A stretch of 64,000 nucleotides of DNA from Lingula anatina (lineage: Eukaryota > Animalia > Brachiopoda): assembly GCA_051362555.1 (NCBI GenBank), contig CM120643.1:4650001-4714000 (forward strand). The letters are read 5' to 3'. Position numbers and translations under genes: made by a program. The notes below the pieces were generated by a model. The model made no database searches, was not told the origin of the DNA, and saw nothing but the letters and a program-made list of their open reading frames with translations. Position 1 is the first letter of the stretch. Each line of letters begins with the position of its first letter. Positions 26,668-37,592 of the stretch are shown piece after piece.

Positions 26668-26880
26668 GGGCACATTCCTATAGATTTTAGATTGATCTAT
26701 CCCCGTGGGGAGTCTCACTAGATTACTGTCAGAAAATCCGGCTTAAATGCAGTCCCGCCTACTACAAGCTGTAAGGGGGTAATTAACTTTCGTGCCCGCT
26801 CGGCTGACAACTATTTAGCGTGAACCCCCAGGGAGTTAGGTCGATCTAGTTGGATCGATCTAATCTCTGGGAATGGGGTC
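26668..26880 (-). mobile_element. PIF/Harbinger-like MITE, TTA TSD (inverted copy of 23894-24095)
   Basis: TTA|GGGCACATTCCTATAGAT...TCTCTGGGAATGGGGTC|TTA; the interior is the reverse complement of 23894-24095. Confidence 0.75.
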
Positions 26881-27746
26881 TTAGACATCTACAATTGTGG
26901 TCCCTAATTTACTGCAGCATTATCTTTACAAGTTAAGGTACAGTATGTATTAGCTAGTATTTGTATGTGAATGTACAGACATTTCTGTCAGGGCTCCGTC
27001 TTCAGCGCTGTTAACATCTGGCACACTTTTTGTAATAAAACTTTGTCATGACAATAACCAAGTGTTGGGTTTGTTTTTGTTTCAGTGAAAGCAGAGAGTG
27101 ACATAAAGTGGTCATTTCTATTTTAGTTGAGTGATGTAAAGATTTAAAATAAAAACCCCATGAAGGAAATTTTCTACTTTAATGGACAGTTCGTAAAAAT
27201 AAAAAGATTATTTGAAAGTCACATATGGATATAGTAATAGATGAAAAAAAAGTTTGGATGAAAGTCAAAGTTTTTGAACTATAATCAAAATCCATTTATG
27301 GTGTACAGGCCAAATTATTTGTTTAGGCCCATGTTCGCAGATGTGGGTTTGAAAATATTGCCCTTTTTGCTGGAAAGGGTCCAAAACCTATCATGGTACC
27401 ATTACTGTGACACATCCTAAGTTGGATCAACCAAAGAAAATCCACTTTTTCAGATAACGACAACCCCCCTTCAGCATCCCACCCTTCAACATTGCTGGCT
27501 ACTTATAAGTACTTCTTAGCAAATTTTTCTCTTTTATTTAGAAAAGAAAGAAAGACAAAACCCATTTAATGACATATAATATATTTTATTGTGCCAGTAA
27601 AATAAAGGTATTTTAAGAAAATGATATTCTGAAGTGATCAAACTGGCTGCCACAGAGCTAATAATAGATGTGCACTGACCACCCTGAAAAATGAAAGATG
27701 AAAATATTCAAATACAATTCACTTAAAATGTATTAGCTGTAAAAAG

Positions 27747-27920
27747 GGGGCCGTAGCAATAGTCCGAAGGTTCAATAGTCCGAAGGTTCATTGGTCCGAA
27801 TATTCACTATAGAACCTTCGGACCAATGAACCCTTGATTAAAAAATCGATGAAAATGTTACCACTTTTCGGACCAATGAACCTTCGGACCAATGAACCTT
27901 CAGACTATCGTGACGCCCCC
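27747..27920. mobile_element. MITE with subterminal TTCGGACCAATGAACC repeats, 8-9-bp TSD
   Basis: GTAAAAAG on both flanks; GGGGCCGT..ACGCCCCC ends; tandem repeats in inverted orientation on the two arms (Mutator/foldback-like). Confidence 0.75.
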
Positions 27921-28464
27921 GTAAAAAGATATTGGCAGTAACTCTACAACCACCAGCTCCTGACTACTATCACATAATTACTGCTTTCATGTACAGTTTT
28001 ACCAGCTGTTTGACTAAGTTTTCCTCCAAAACTCTTTAAGTTAACTTTGTTATGATGTCATTAAAGCAAGGAAAAAAGAAAAGAACTTTCTTGTGACTGT
28101 ATAGTGAATCTGTTCTTTTATAAATACTGTAATTTTTTTTTCATTTCTAAATGTCTGAAATGATTAGATTTAATAATGAATGATAATAATAACCATTTAT
28201 GTTCTTGGCCTGCCTCTGAAGCAAGATGTGAAAAGATTTAACATCCTTCTCCACCTTGATTGGCAGCAGTCCTTGGGAGCTGAAATATATGACATAGTAT
28301 TACTTACTAATATGCAACAATAAATAACCTTCAATAAGCAGTCAGTGCATCTTATTTCATGTATGAAACTGCATCAAAATATTAACCATTGTTTAGAGTT
28401 AACAAATTTGCCAAGTATCATTTTAAACTTGCAAAAAGCACAAACTGTGTTGGCGCAACATAAG

Positions 28465-28542
28465 GAGTGTATATGCATGTGTGTGTGTGTGTATGTGTGT
28501 GTGTGTGTGTATATGTGTGTATGTGTGTGCATGTGCATGTAC
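28465..28542. repeat. Imperfect (TG)n microsatellite
   Basis: Seen directly. Confidence 0.9.
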
Positions 28543-28824
28543 ATTCACAGTCACATTCCATCAGTATAATAAATAGATCCCTATTCTATTGCCCCTGCTG
28601 CCTTAACCTCTCTCCTTAATGTCTGCTGTCACAGCTGTTGTGTCTTTAACATCAACTGAAAAAAAAAAGAAACCATACTTGTCCACAATAAGGATATCAC
28701 ATATTTAAAGATATACATGCAATAAAAATAGATAACTTAAAAGTGAATTAACTTAGCTTATTGTGTGGGTAAATTTTTAAAGTGTGTTAAATGAATGCCT
28801 GTTAAATTGATGTATACCATCTTA

Positions 28825-28922
28825 CCCAGCAGGCAAATGACATTGATTCTACGATGATTCAATGTTGATCCACCAAAATTAACGTTGATTCAACGGTGAA
28901 TCAATGTCGTTTGTCTGCTGGG
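28825..28922. mobile_element. 98-bp palindromic MITE with CCCAG termini (CMC/EnSpm-like)
   Basis: TTA|CCCAGCAGGCAAATGACATTGATTC...GAATCAATGTCGTTTGTCTGCTGGG|TTA. Confidence 0.75.
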
Positions 28923-29276
28923 TTACCTCTTTCTTTAATGCTTTCAGCGTCTGACACACTCTTTCTGTCTTTTATGTTGCCTGAAGACAAAAATATGGAA
29001 TAGAAACTATCTGTGTACAAATAGGATTTGGGCAAAAATACAGAATTGCATGAGTGAAAACTCATTCAAAGACTATTCATTAAAAAAATTCATTATTTTC
29101 ATGAAGACCAGATTTAGTATTAGACCAGCTTGCTTGAGCAACATTGTGCGTATGTACGTGTACATGTTAGTGTGTGTGCATGCAAGTGCATGTTTCATAT
29201 GTGTATAAAATCATAATTGAATCTTAGCTCCATTCGACCAGATGCATGGGGAGGCATGTGAGAGGCGGAGATACAT

Positions 29277-29426
29277 TACAAGGACCAAGACTTGAACCCT
29301 GAAAATCAACAGCTACAAGGACCAAGACTTGCACCCTGAGAGTCAACAGCTACAAGAACCAAAACTTGCACCCTGAGAGTCAACAGCTATATGTACAAGG
29401 ACCAAGATATGTGACTTGCACCCTGA
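29277..29426. repeat. 37-bp tandem repeat, ~4 copies
   Basis: TACAAGGACCAAGACTTGCACCCTGAGAGTCAACAGC. Confidence 0.9.
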
Positions 29427-30932
29427 CAATCCATATTTGCATTTGTTTTATTTTTGATAAGTAGATTTTGTCTGTAAACAACATATATATATAAAAACTT
29501 GCACAGTAAAAATAAAACAATGCATTGTTTAGTTGCATATATCTCTTACACTTTTAACTAACTTCATGTGGTTAAAGTCTAAAATGATTACACAAACTGC
29601 ATTTCTATATACTGATAACCAATAACTATTAATATTAGCAAGAGCACAGCTCAAGGACATATTTTTTCATCCCTTAGATGTATTGCAGAGGTTGTGATGG
29701 TGGTCATTGCCACACAGCATTTGGAAATGATGTTTGTAGTGAACCATTAATTGTGTGTAGTCTTCTAAATTTGCATATACATGAGATAAGCATATTTGTT
29801 TGAGTTTTAATTATTCAAATGTATATACTGTATAGCCATGACATGTTCCATGCCAGTTAGAGAAGTTCATTTAAAATGTAAATCAAGATATAATTTAAAT
29901 GTATCTACAATGAAGTTTGAATGTATATAGGCATGGCATGTTGCATGTCAGTTATGGAAGTTCATTTAAAATGTAAATTAAGATGAGAGTATAAAAGCAG
30001 CCACTGAGCCACAGAGTGGGGAGATATAGACTGAGAGATAGAGAGAGACATATAGGAGACTTACAGATGGGCATAGGGAGATAAAGACATACATGTAGTT
30101 ATAGATACCTATAGAGAGAGATGGAGAAAGAGAGCAGAGACCCGAGTTGTACAGTCGGTTGAATAAATCATGTAGCAGAAACTATACCTGCCTGTCTCAG
30201 TTGTCTTTTGGTGTGCAAGAAATCAAAGAACCTGAATAACCTGAAAAGTGAATCAAAGAACCTGAATAACCGACCCGCTCAGCCGCTGGTTATTACAGGG
30301 TGCTTTTGTTATGATAATTGCAGGTTAAGGCATGGCAAAAGGATTAATCCTGGTCCTATTCATTCTATTCAAGCCTAGAAGAAATGAGTAATAGAGTTTT
30401 CAATAGAATATCTCTAAAAAATTTCTAACTGCATTTATTGCACGCTCACACACATACACACTGAAATTAATAATAATAAATTGCAATATTTGTAATAGGT
30501 AAACTTAAACAGCACCATTTACAATCAATCTTTACCTTAAACTGCACTATTTATACTTAATTCATGACAGTATTGATAAACAAAGTTTATCTGGAATTGA
30601 ATTTTGGGCAAAGTTGAACACCCATCATTCAATTAAAAACCCAGTTTGAATCAAGGCCTGAAAATGTTAGAAAACACATGCAAGTCAGGGCACCACAAAT
30701 TGTGGTGTACCCACTATCATGCCCTAATCATTGAGGGTCCTGTTTCATTTAATGTACAATAATTATAAATTTAAAAAGATGAGTTTTACAGACGATCTAC
30801 ATCTTCCCATTATACAGTAATTACATTTACTTGATCTTTTCAATATGAAAAAGTTGTGATTTTTACAAATATTGTATTCAGTATTTTCAAAGTCATAATT
30901 TCTAAAAAATCAGATCATTCCTATGGGATGGT

Positions 30933-32875
30933 GTAAGTAAGTAAGTTTATTAAGACATGGCAACCAAAAGGTTGAAGTTATACATAAAATGGAGTGAGAA
31001 TAAAATTTTCAAATTTACAAATTAAAATATTGATATATAATATACGATATGCCAATAGAACTTAATGAGATTTAAAAAAAAAAAACATAAAATTAAAAAA
31101 AGGGAATAAAGTAAAATAAATAAATAAAATATATATTTTTTTTGCACAGGTATCTGAAAGTTAGTGTAAAAGAGGATGGAGTAATGAAAATTAAAGACAA
31201 TAAAGGCCAAAATGAGTTTCAAAAGTAAAACTCAGACCACTAATAGTTTAATAAAGAGAAAGGAATAAAAGTGTTTTTAAAATGTTCAGTTCTAATTTTT
31301 GGCATGTTAAACTTTGACAGGCTATTTCTTAGTCTCCTGTGGGGATTGCAGGTTAAAAGGTAGTTCAGCTTGTCTGTGCCATTTTGTATTTTTACAAAAA
31401 ATGATTTCCAGAGTTCAAATCTGCACTCTTTTAATGTAATAAGTTTTGCTTTGGCTAGAGCATCAACATAAGTTAATTCAAGGAATATGATTCTAAGTGC
31501 CCTTGACTGGATGGATTCTATTATTTTACATTGTTCTCCAGTTAATCCAGGGTGCCACACAGGACAAACATATTCAACCACGGTCCAAATTAAACTCTGA
31601 TATAATTCTATATTCTATAAGATCAGATGAGGACAGTTTAGCACGTCTAAGCTGCCGCAGAAAAAAAATCGTGTGCATGCTTTTTTATTGATAAAATCAA
31701 CATGTTCAGACCATTTAAGATTGTTAGTGATAAAAACACCCAACAGTTTGAAATGGATACTTCACTCACACGAGTTCTTCTAATATTAAGTGATTGACAT
31801 TTTATCTCTGACTGTGTAAAGTTTACTGTCATAGCTTTTGTTTTGGTGGCATTTAGTCTCATATTGTTTCTTTCTGTCCAGTCAATGATTTCATTTGCAG
31901 CCTGTTGTAATCTACCGTACTAGAAGCATTAAAGTCGCATACCTCAAACACGGTTGTATCATCCACGAACTTGTAGTCAGGGCAACTAGCCTTAAGGTCG
32001 TTTATCATGATAATGAATAATAACAGATCCAACAATGTTCCCTGAGGGACGCCACCGTGAATGTGCAGCCAGTTAGAGAGTACATTTTTGTATTTAACTC
32101 TTTGAGAACGACCGCAAAGGAAAGATCTTACCCAGCTGACAAGGGTATCAGGTACACCTTGGTTGTGAAGTTTATGTAGGAGAATGTTGTGATCAATTAG
32201 GTCAAAGGCCTTTGAGAAGTCAAGGAAAAGGATTCTGAGGAATGACTTGCTTCTATGTGAAGGCTCAGACCGCTCATCCATAAGTGGATTAGTTCTATTA
32301 GGGCATGTGTTGTGGAACTGTCATGCACAACACCAAACTGCGTTCTATCAATATATTATTTACAAAATCCCAAATCCACTTTACTATGAAAGATTCTAGA
32401 ACCTTGCTGAGAATTGGTGTCAAAGATATAGGTCTGAGGTCACATTCAATTGACTTAGGTTGTTGCACTTTAAGTACATGTAGTGGCACCACATCAGCTG
32501 ATTTCCATATTGCAGGAACATGTCCCTCACGGATAGACAGGCCAGTAGCCAGGGGGGTTTGGGGGGTTCGAAAGAACTGCCCTTTTTGTCAGAAAAAAGT
32601 CCATTTTGGGCACAATTTGATCTACGTACTACAGTACATGTACACAAAGGTTTCATTATAAAGGGTCCACTTTTCAGAAAAAGAACCCCCCTTTTGAATT
32701 TGCTGGCTACGTATACAGGCCTGCTCTATATGCTGTTGAAAATTGCACATATTGGGTTAGAAAGGAACCCAGCAAAATCTCTCAGAATCCAGGATGGTAA
32801 TTGGTCTGGACCTATTGATTTGGAAGTCTTTAACTTAAGAAGTTGTTTTTCTACTTCCAAGGGGCTGATTGTGGT
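30933..32875 (-). mobile_element. Degraded 5'-truncated CR1-clade LINE (RT region)
   Basis: Frameshifted ORFs with LRPISLTPILSKVLE, LDFSKAFD, GVPQGTLL, FVDD and EYVCPVWHPGLT. The 3' end has a CAACC-TTTT-GGTTG hairpin, AATAAA and (CTTA)n. Confidence 0.9.
32538..32723 (-). mobile_element. MITE (family of 6506-6672) nested in the CR1 RT
   Basis: CAGGCCAGTAGCCAG...CTGGCTACGTATACAGGCCTG interrupts ..IFNS / SIREGHVP.. Confidence 0.8.
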
Positions 32876-33100
32876 ACAAACAAAATTATAAACATACTAC
32901 TATATAGTGATATTCTATGCATTAAAAGCACCACAAATGCTATAAAGAATAAATATTGTAGTTATGAAATGATGTATGTGAATGTTTGATAATTTTTGCC
33001 CATCAAAAAGATTGAGTGTTTACTATATGTTCTTTATTTTTGTGGAACAACTGTAATTTCCTTTTAAAGGCACAAACTTAGAAGTGATGCATTTGCAGAT

Positions 33101-33102
33101 GT

Positions 33103-33175
<73 letters not shown>
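33101..33175. repeat. Compound (GT)n(GA)n microsatellite
   Basis: Seen directly. Confidence 0.95.
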
Positions 33176-33176
<1 letters not shown>

Positions 33177-33339
33177 AATGAATCATATGTAAACATCGAC
33201 TGAAGGAGAGAGAGAAATTAATCATATTTAAGCGGACAGACCTCCACAGAATTAGGATCTGTAGATTTTTGGTACATGAAGTGCAGGTCCTCCGGACCTT
33301 CAGTTCCTCCAAAGTTTTCCCCATGTTTAAATTCGCAAT

Positions 33340-33660
33340 ACACAAATGGAAAATGAAAAAAAAAAACAGGAACAGATAAAAAAAAAACCATTAAGCTACA
33401 TTTAGTACAATTCAAAAGTCTATTTTACAATGAAAACGATACACGGATATTCCTTTGGTGTATAAAATGTTACATAATTATATACTGTATCGTCTCGTTA
33501 AGTTTATTAGTATAAAACTAGAAAGGCCATTGTATAAACACCGCTACATCTTACTGGTCTCTGTGCCTTTATCTCTGGCCATTCTCTTGGAGCTGTAGCC
33601 CACTTTTTGAAAACGAGGCCAAGTCTAATAGTTTCCCAAATAACCGCCATACGAGCCGTC
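33340..33660 (-). mobile_element. Diverged relative of the left end of the 43021-45993 element
   Basis: Reverse-complement similarity, e.g. TTTTTGAAAACGAGGCCAA vs TTGGCCTCGTTTTCAAAAA, and TTCCTTTGGTGTATAAAATGT vs ACATTTTATACACCAAAGGAA. Confidence 0.75.
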
Positions 33661-33898
33661 TACAGGGTATTCTGCACATTATTACATAATTCAGGTGAGA
33701 GATGTTCAGATTGGTCAGTAGAAGATGGAGGAGACAGATATTCAGGGTACGTTGCTACAATTGCCACATGTCAGCAAAAAATTAAGCACAAAAAATGACA
33801 TCAGGTTGCATTTGCCTTCCATACATGATATAATGTAACGTTTCGTATTTTGTGTTGACGACGTTGGCCCAAATGACGCAGTTCGCACTTTAGTCCTT

Positions 33899-36054
33899 AA
33901 TTCTTATCTCACAAATCAACTTTATTCAATTGATAAAGGCCACCGGCCCATAGCAAATACAGCACAGGGTTACAGTTCGACATTTCATTATCATTTTTTC
34001 GTAAATGAAGATGCACCAAACATCTCACATTTGCTCTTTGCAGACGATGCAGTAGAGATAAGTGACACGGTTGGTAGCTTGCAAAAGCTTATATAGTAAA
34101 ACTAGAAAACTTCTGCAAAAATATGGCATGATGATCAACGTAGATAAAACAAAAATCATCGTATTCAGACGAGGTGGTTATTTAAATAAACATGAAAAAT
34201 TGTTCCTAAATAATAAGGATCGAGGTAGAAATTGTTAGTACCTAGGGCTGATATTCTCAGCTTTTTTGTCCTGGAGCAAAGCTAAGAGTACCCTAGCACA
34301 GCAAGGAGAAAAAGCCTTGAATATTCTGATATACTTTATCAGAAAAAATGACGTCTCTTTTGACTCAGTCGCTATATTTGTTTGATCATGTTGTTGTACC
34401 AACTCTGTGCTATGGAGCTGAAATTTGGGGCTTCAAGAAATGTGAACAAATAGAAATAGTTCAACATAAATTCTGTAAAAAATTATTGGGGCTGAGTTCA
34501 AGGACTTCAAATGTCGTGGTCCTCGAAGAAACTGGTAGATGTCCATTGTATCCAGTTTACACTATACAACGTATTAAGTATTGGCTGAAATTGATTAGAA
34601 CCAGAGAGGTACCCTACCCTAGGTTCTAGATTCCGGTATTGCCAGCTCGATCTTGATTTCATATATAACCCATAGTAGCAATACCAGGCTCTAGCGAACA
34701 GCGGCAACTCGGGGGCGTTCTTCTTCAAAATTCTGCCTGGGGCGCTTCCATATTTGGAAGTCACACGTCACAGCTGTGTCCGCCTGGATCCATATTTGGC
34801 CGCCTGGAGCTGCCTTTTCCCACCTTGCACTGAAGTCTCGTGCAGGCGAGACAAGAAGCAATTAAAGTGCCTGATGTGGAGTTAGAAGTTTGAATTGAAA
34901 ATATCTTGCAGTCGAAGGACAGTGCCACAATACAAGCAACATTCTGCTGTAAAAACTTATTTTCTTGTAGCCATTGCGCAGCCCTTATAGTGGTATCGGG
35001 CATACAGTGTAGCTGTCAAATTTGGCACACGGCAAGCACATGTATTGTGCACGTGTATATCTCAGGACTAAATGTTCTTTGATAAGCAAAAAATACAAAT
35101 ACATTGGATATATCTTTTCTTTCCGAAGAATATTATTTATTTTTTCACTTTACATCTTAAATACAGCAAATAAAATTAAATAAAGCAGAATTAAATTTGT
35201 TTTACGTTTTATTTTGGTCTGATGACATTCAACTGCAGATTCACTGCAGAGCAGTTCTATTTGATTGACGGAAACCTAACATGGCCGCTGGTCTTCAGTG
35301 CTAGTAAAAGCGACTCCACCACAAGGTATATTTAGCAAGCTAGCTTTTCCGTTGCTCTGACACTCAGGGTAAGGTACCCCAGAGCTTGCTACAATATGTT
35401 GCGTACACTAGATGAACATGGAAGGACTAACTGGGTGACTAAAGTGAAACAAATAATTTATATGTATGGTTTTGGTAATGCATGGATAGCACAAGACGTG
35501 GGTGATATAAATACCTTTGTAAGCCAGTTTTTACTTAGGCTGAAGGACTGTGCTAGACAAAATTGGGTTGAAAGCATACAAAATAGTCCAAAACTTTGTG
35601 AAAACTATGCATTGTTTAAGAGTTTGTTAGAACCTGAAAAATATCTATTTGATGTAAATATTAGGAAACACAGCATTTTCAAGATTCAGGGCTTCAAATC
35701 ATAGACTTGCAATAGAAACTGGTAGACATGAAAATTTACAAAAAATAGGTTGTGTAAATATTGCTTAGACAAAAATATTTATGATATTGAAGATGAGAAG
35801 CATTTTTTACTAGTTTGTCCACGTTATGAGGAATTGAGAGCTTGGTACATTCCTAATTTGAATACTAACAATACATCTTCAAATTGTTATATTGCTATGA
35901 TGAAAACAAAAAATCCTGATGCTCTAAACAATCTTGCTAGATTTATTTATCATGGTTTGATTCCTAGAGAAAACTGATGTGAAATGTCGAACTGTACCCT
36001 TGTGATGTATTTGCTTTGGGCTGGTGGCCTTTATCAATAGAATAAAGTTGATTT
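33899..36054 (+). mobile_element. RTE-X-like LINE, 5'-truncated, with an inverted extra 3' tail at its 5' end; TSD GCACTTTAGTCCTT
   Basis: HLLFADD (~34030), LCYGAEIWG, ETGR, YWLKL, CKYC..IEDEKHFLLVCP. TSD at 33885-33898 and 36055-36068. 33912-33987 is the reverse complement of 35980-36055. Confidence 0.88.
34615..35371 (+). mobile_element. 757-bp non-autonomous DNA transposon, 8-bp TSD AGGTACCC, nested in the LINE
   Basis: TSD at 34607-34614 and 35372-35379. Imperfect TIRs TACCCTAGGTTCTAGA / TCTGACACTCAGGGTA. The LINE resumes as RYPRACYNML. Confidence 0.9.
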
Positions 36055-36171
36055 GCACTTTAGTCCTTTTGACCGTAGAAACATTGTACAAACGTCAAAT
36101 ACACTCTCCATTAGAAGTCAAAAATCAACTACTGTATAAGTTTTAATAATACATTTTCTGTTTTATTTTAG

Positions 36172-36272
36172 AGAGGAAACGCATTTGCCAATGAGGAAGT
36201 GATGGGCTTATTTTGGCTGCCAAAAGGTCTGAACTAGACATCCGTCTTCAACAGTGTAAAGCTATTGGGCAG
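36172..36272 (+). other. Candidate exon, degenerate paralog of 10222-10321
   Basis: TTTTATTTTAG|...GGGCAG|GTATCT; RGNAFANEEVMGLFWLPKGLN* aligns with RKVFAHKEVRRLFQPSKGLN. Confidence 0.4.
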
Positions 36273-37592
36273 GTATCTACATTCATTTTATAGGTTTTGT
36301 TTTATGGGAGAGGACATCGACTTTTTTCAAAGTATGAAAATGTCCTGTTCATTTAAATAAACCAGAACATACAAATGCGTATTCAGCAATAAAATGTTGT
36401 AATATGTCACTCCATTCCTGGACTCAGGCTGGGTGCACGAGTGGAATTAGGGAGGTCAGGTCAAACCGCTCACGCGGTGGAAAATCTTACCTCGCTGTTT
36501 GTTTTCCATCATAACTTCCAAGATTTGCGTCCTATGATAAATATGAAAATATATTTAAAAAGTGCATTGAATGGGCTTTCTAACAATATGTGTATACTAT
36601 GTAAAAATGTATCATTTCTCCGTTGTTATCCTCCAGCCACGAAAATGCTACGAGAAAAATCGCAGGTGACTTCACTTCTTCTTTTGATTCCCACTATTTA
36701 CGAATTTTACTTAACCTGCGCGTTTTGCGCCATTTTTCCAAAAGCTCCGTATGGCATCCCGAATGTTATTTCCTCGTATTTGGCCACATATTGAATGAAC
36801 CAACCATTTGACTGAGGGGTTACAGGTGAATTAACCGAAAACAGCAACCACAACTAGCTTGTAAAGTGTTTAATCATGTTTTAGAGTTAGTGTAATGAAG
36901 TTCTGAAAATTCTGTAACCCCTACCTAGATATTTAAACTAATTCTAGGTTCAAATTAGTTTTTTATTTATCATTAGCTTGATTTAAAAAAATGTTTTGGA
37001 AAGCTCATGAATTTCTCTATCAAATAAGGTCATTTTGGCTGATATTTATGTAACTATCAAAGTTGACCTGACCTCTCTAGTGGAATGAAACAAGGCAAAG
37101 TCTAGCTAGTTTTTCATCAATATGCCCTACAAATAACTTTTTAAGGGATAACAACTGGTTGTTTTGGCAAAGAAAGTATTTACCTGGGGAAAACAATGCT
37201 TTTCCCATACCCATACTAACCAGTATTTAACTAATCCATTCCAACATTCAAAGTTAGTCCATGTTTTTTTTCTGAAAAGTTTTCTTCTGGTAATAATCTG
37301 TAAAGTGATTGTTACGGAGGCATAAACAGCCACCTGGTTTGTTGGCAAGCATTGTAAAGTCTGCTACTGAACAAAATGTGGTGCTTCATTAAATATGTTC
37401 ATATTATTTTAAAGTTGAATAGAATTTTATATATAAATGCCAAAATAAGATGTTGTAATGATCTACATATTGCTTTATCAAATTTTTTTTTTTTTAATGT
37501 GATTTTCGTCTTTTAATTTCAGGGACTCCCAACTACTGCATTTCCGGGAAATAGGATATATGCTCCATGAAAGATCTAGGCTTCAGATCCAG

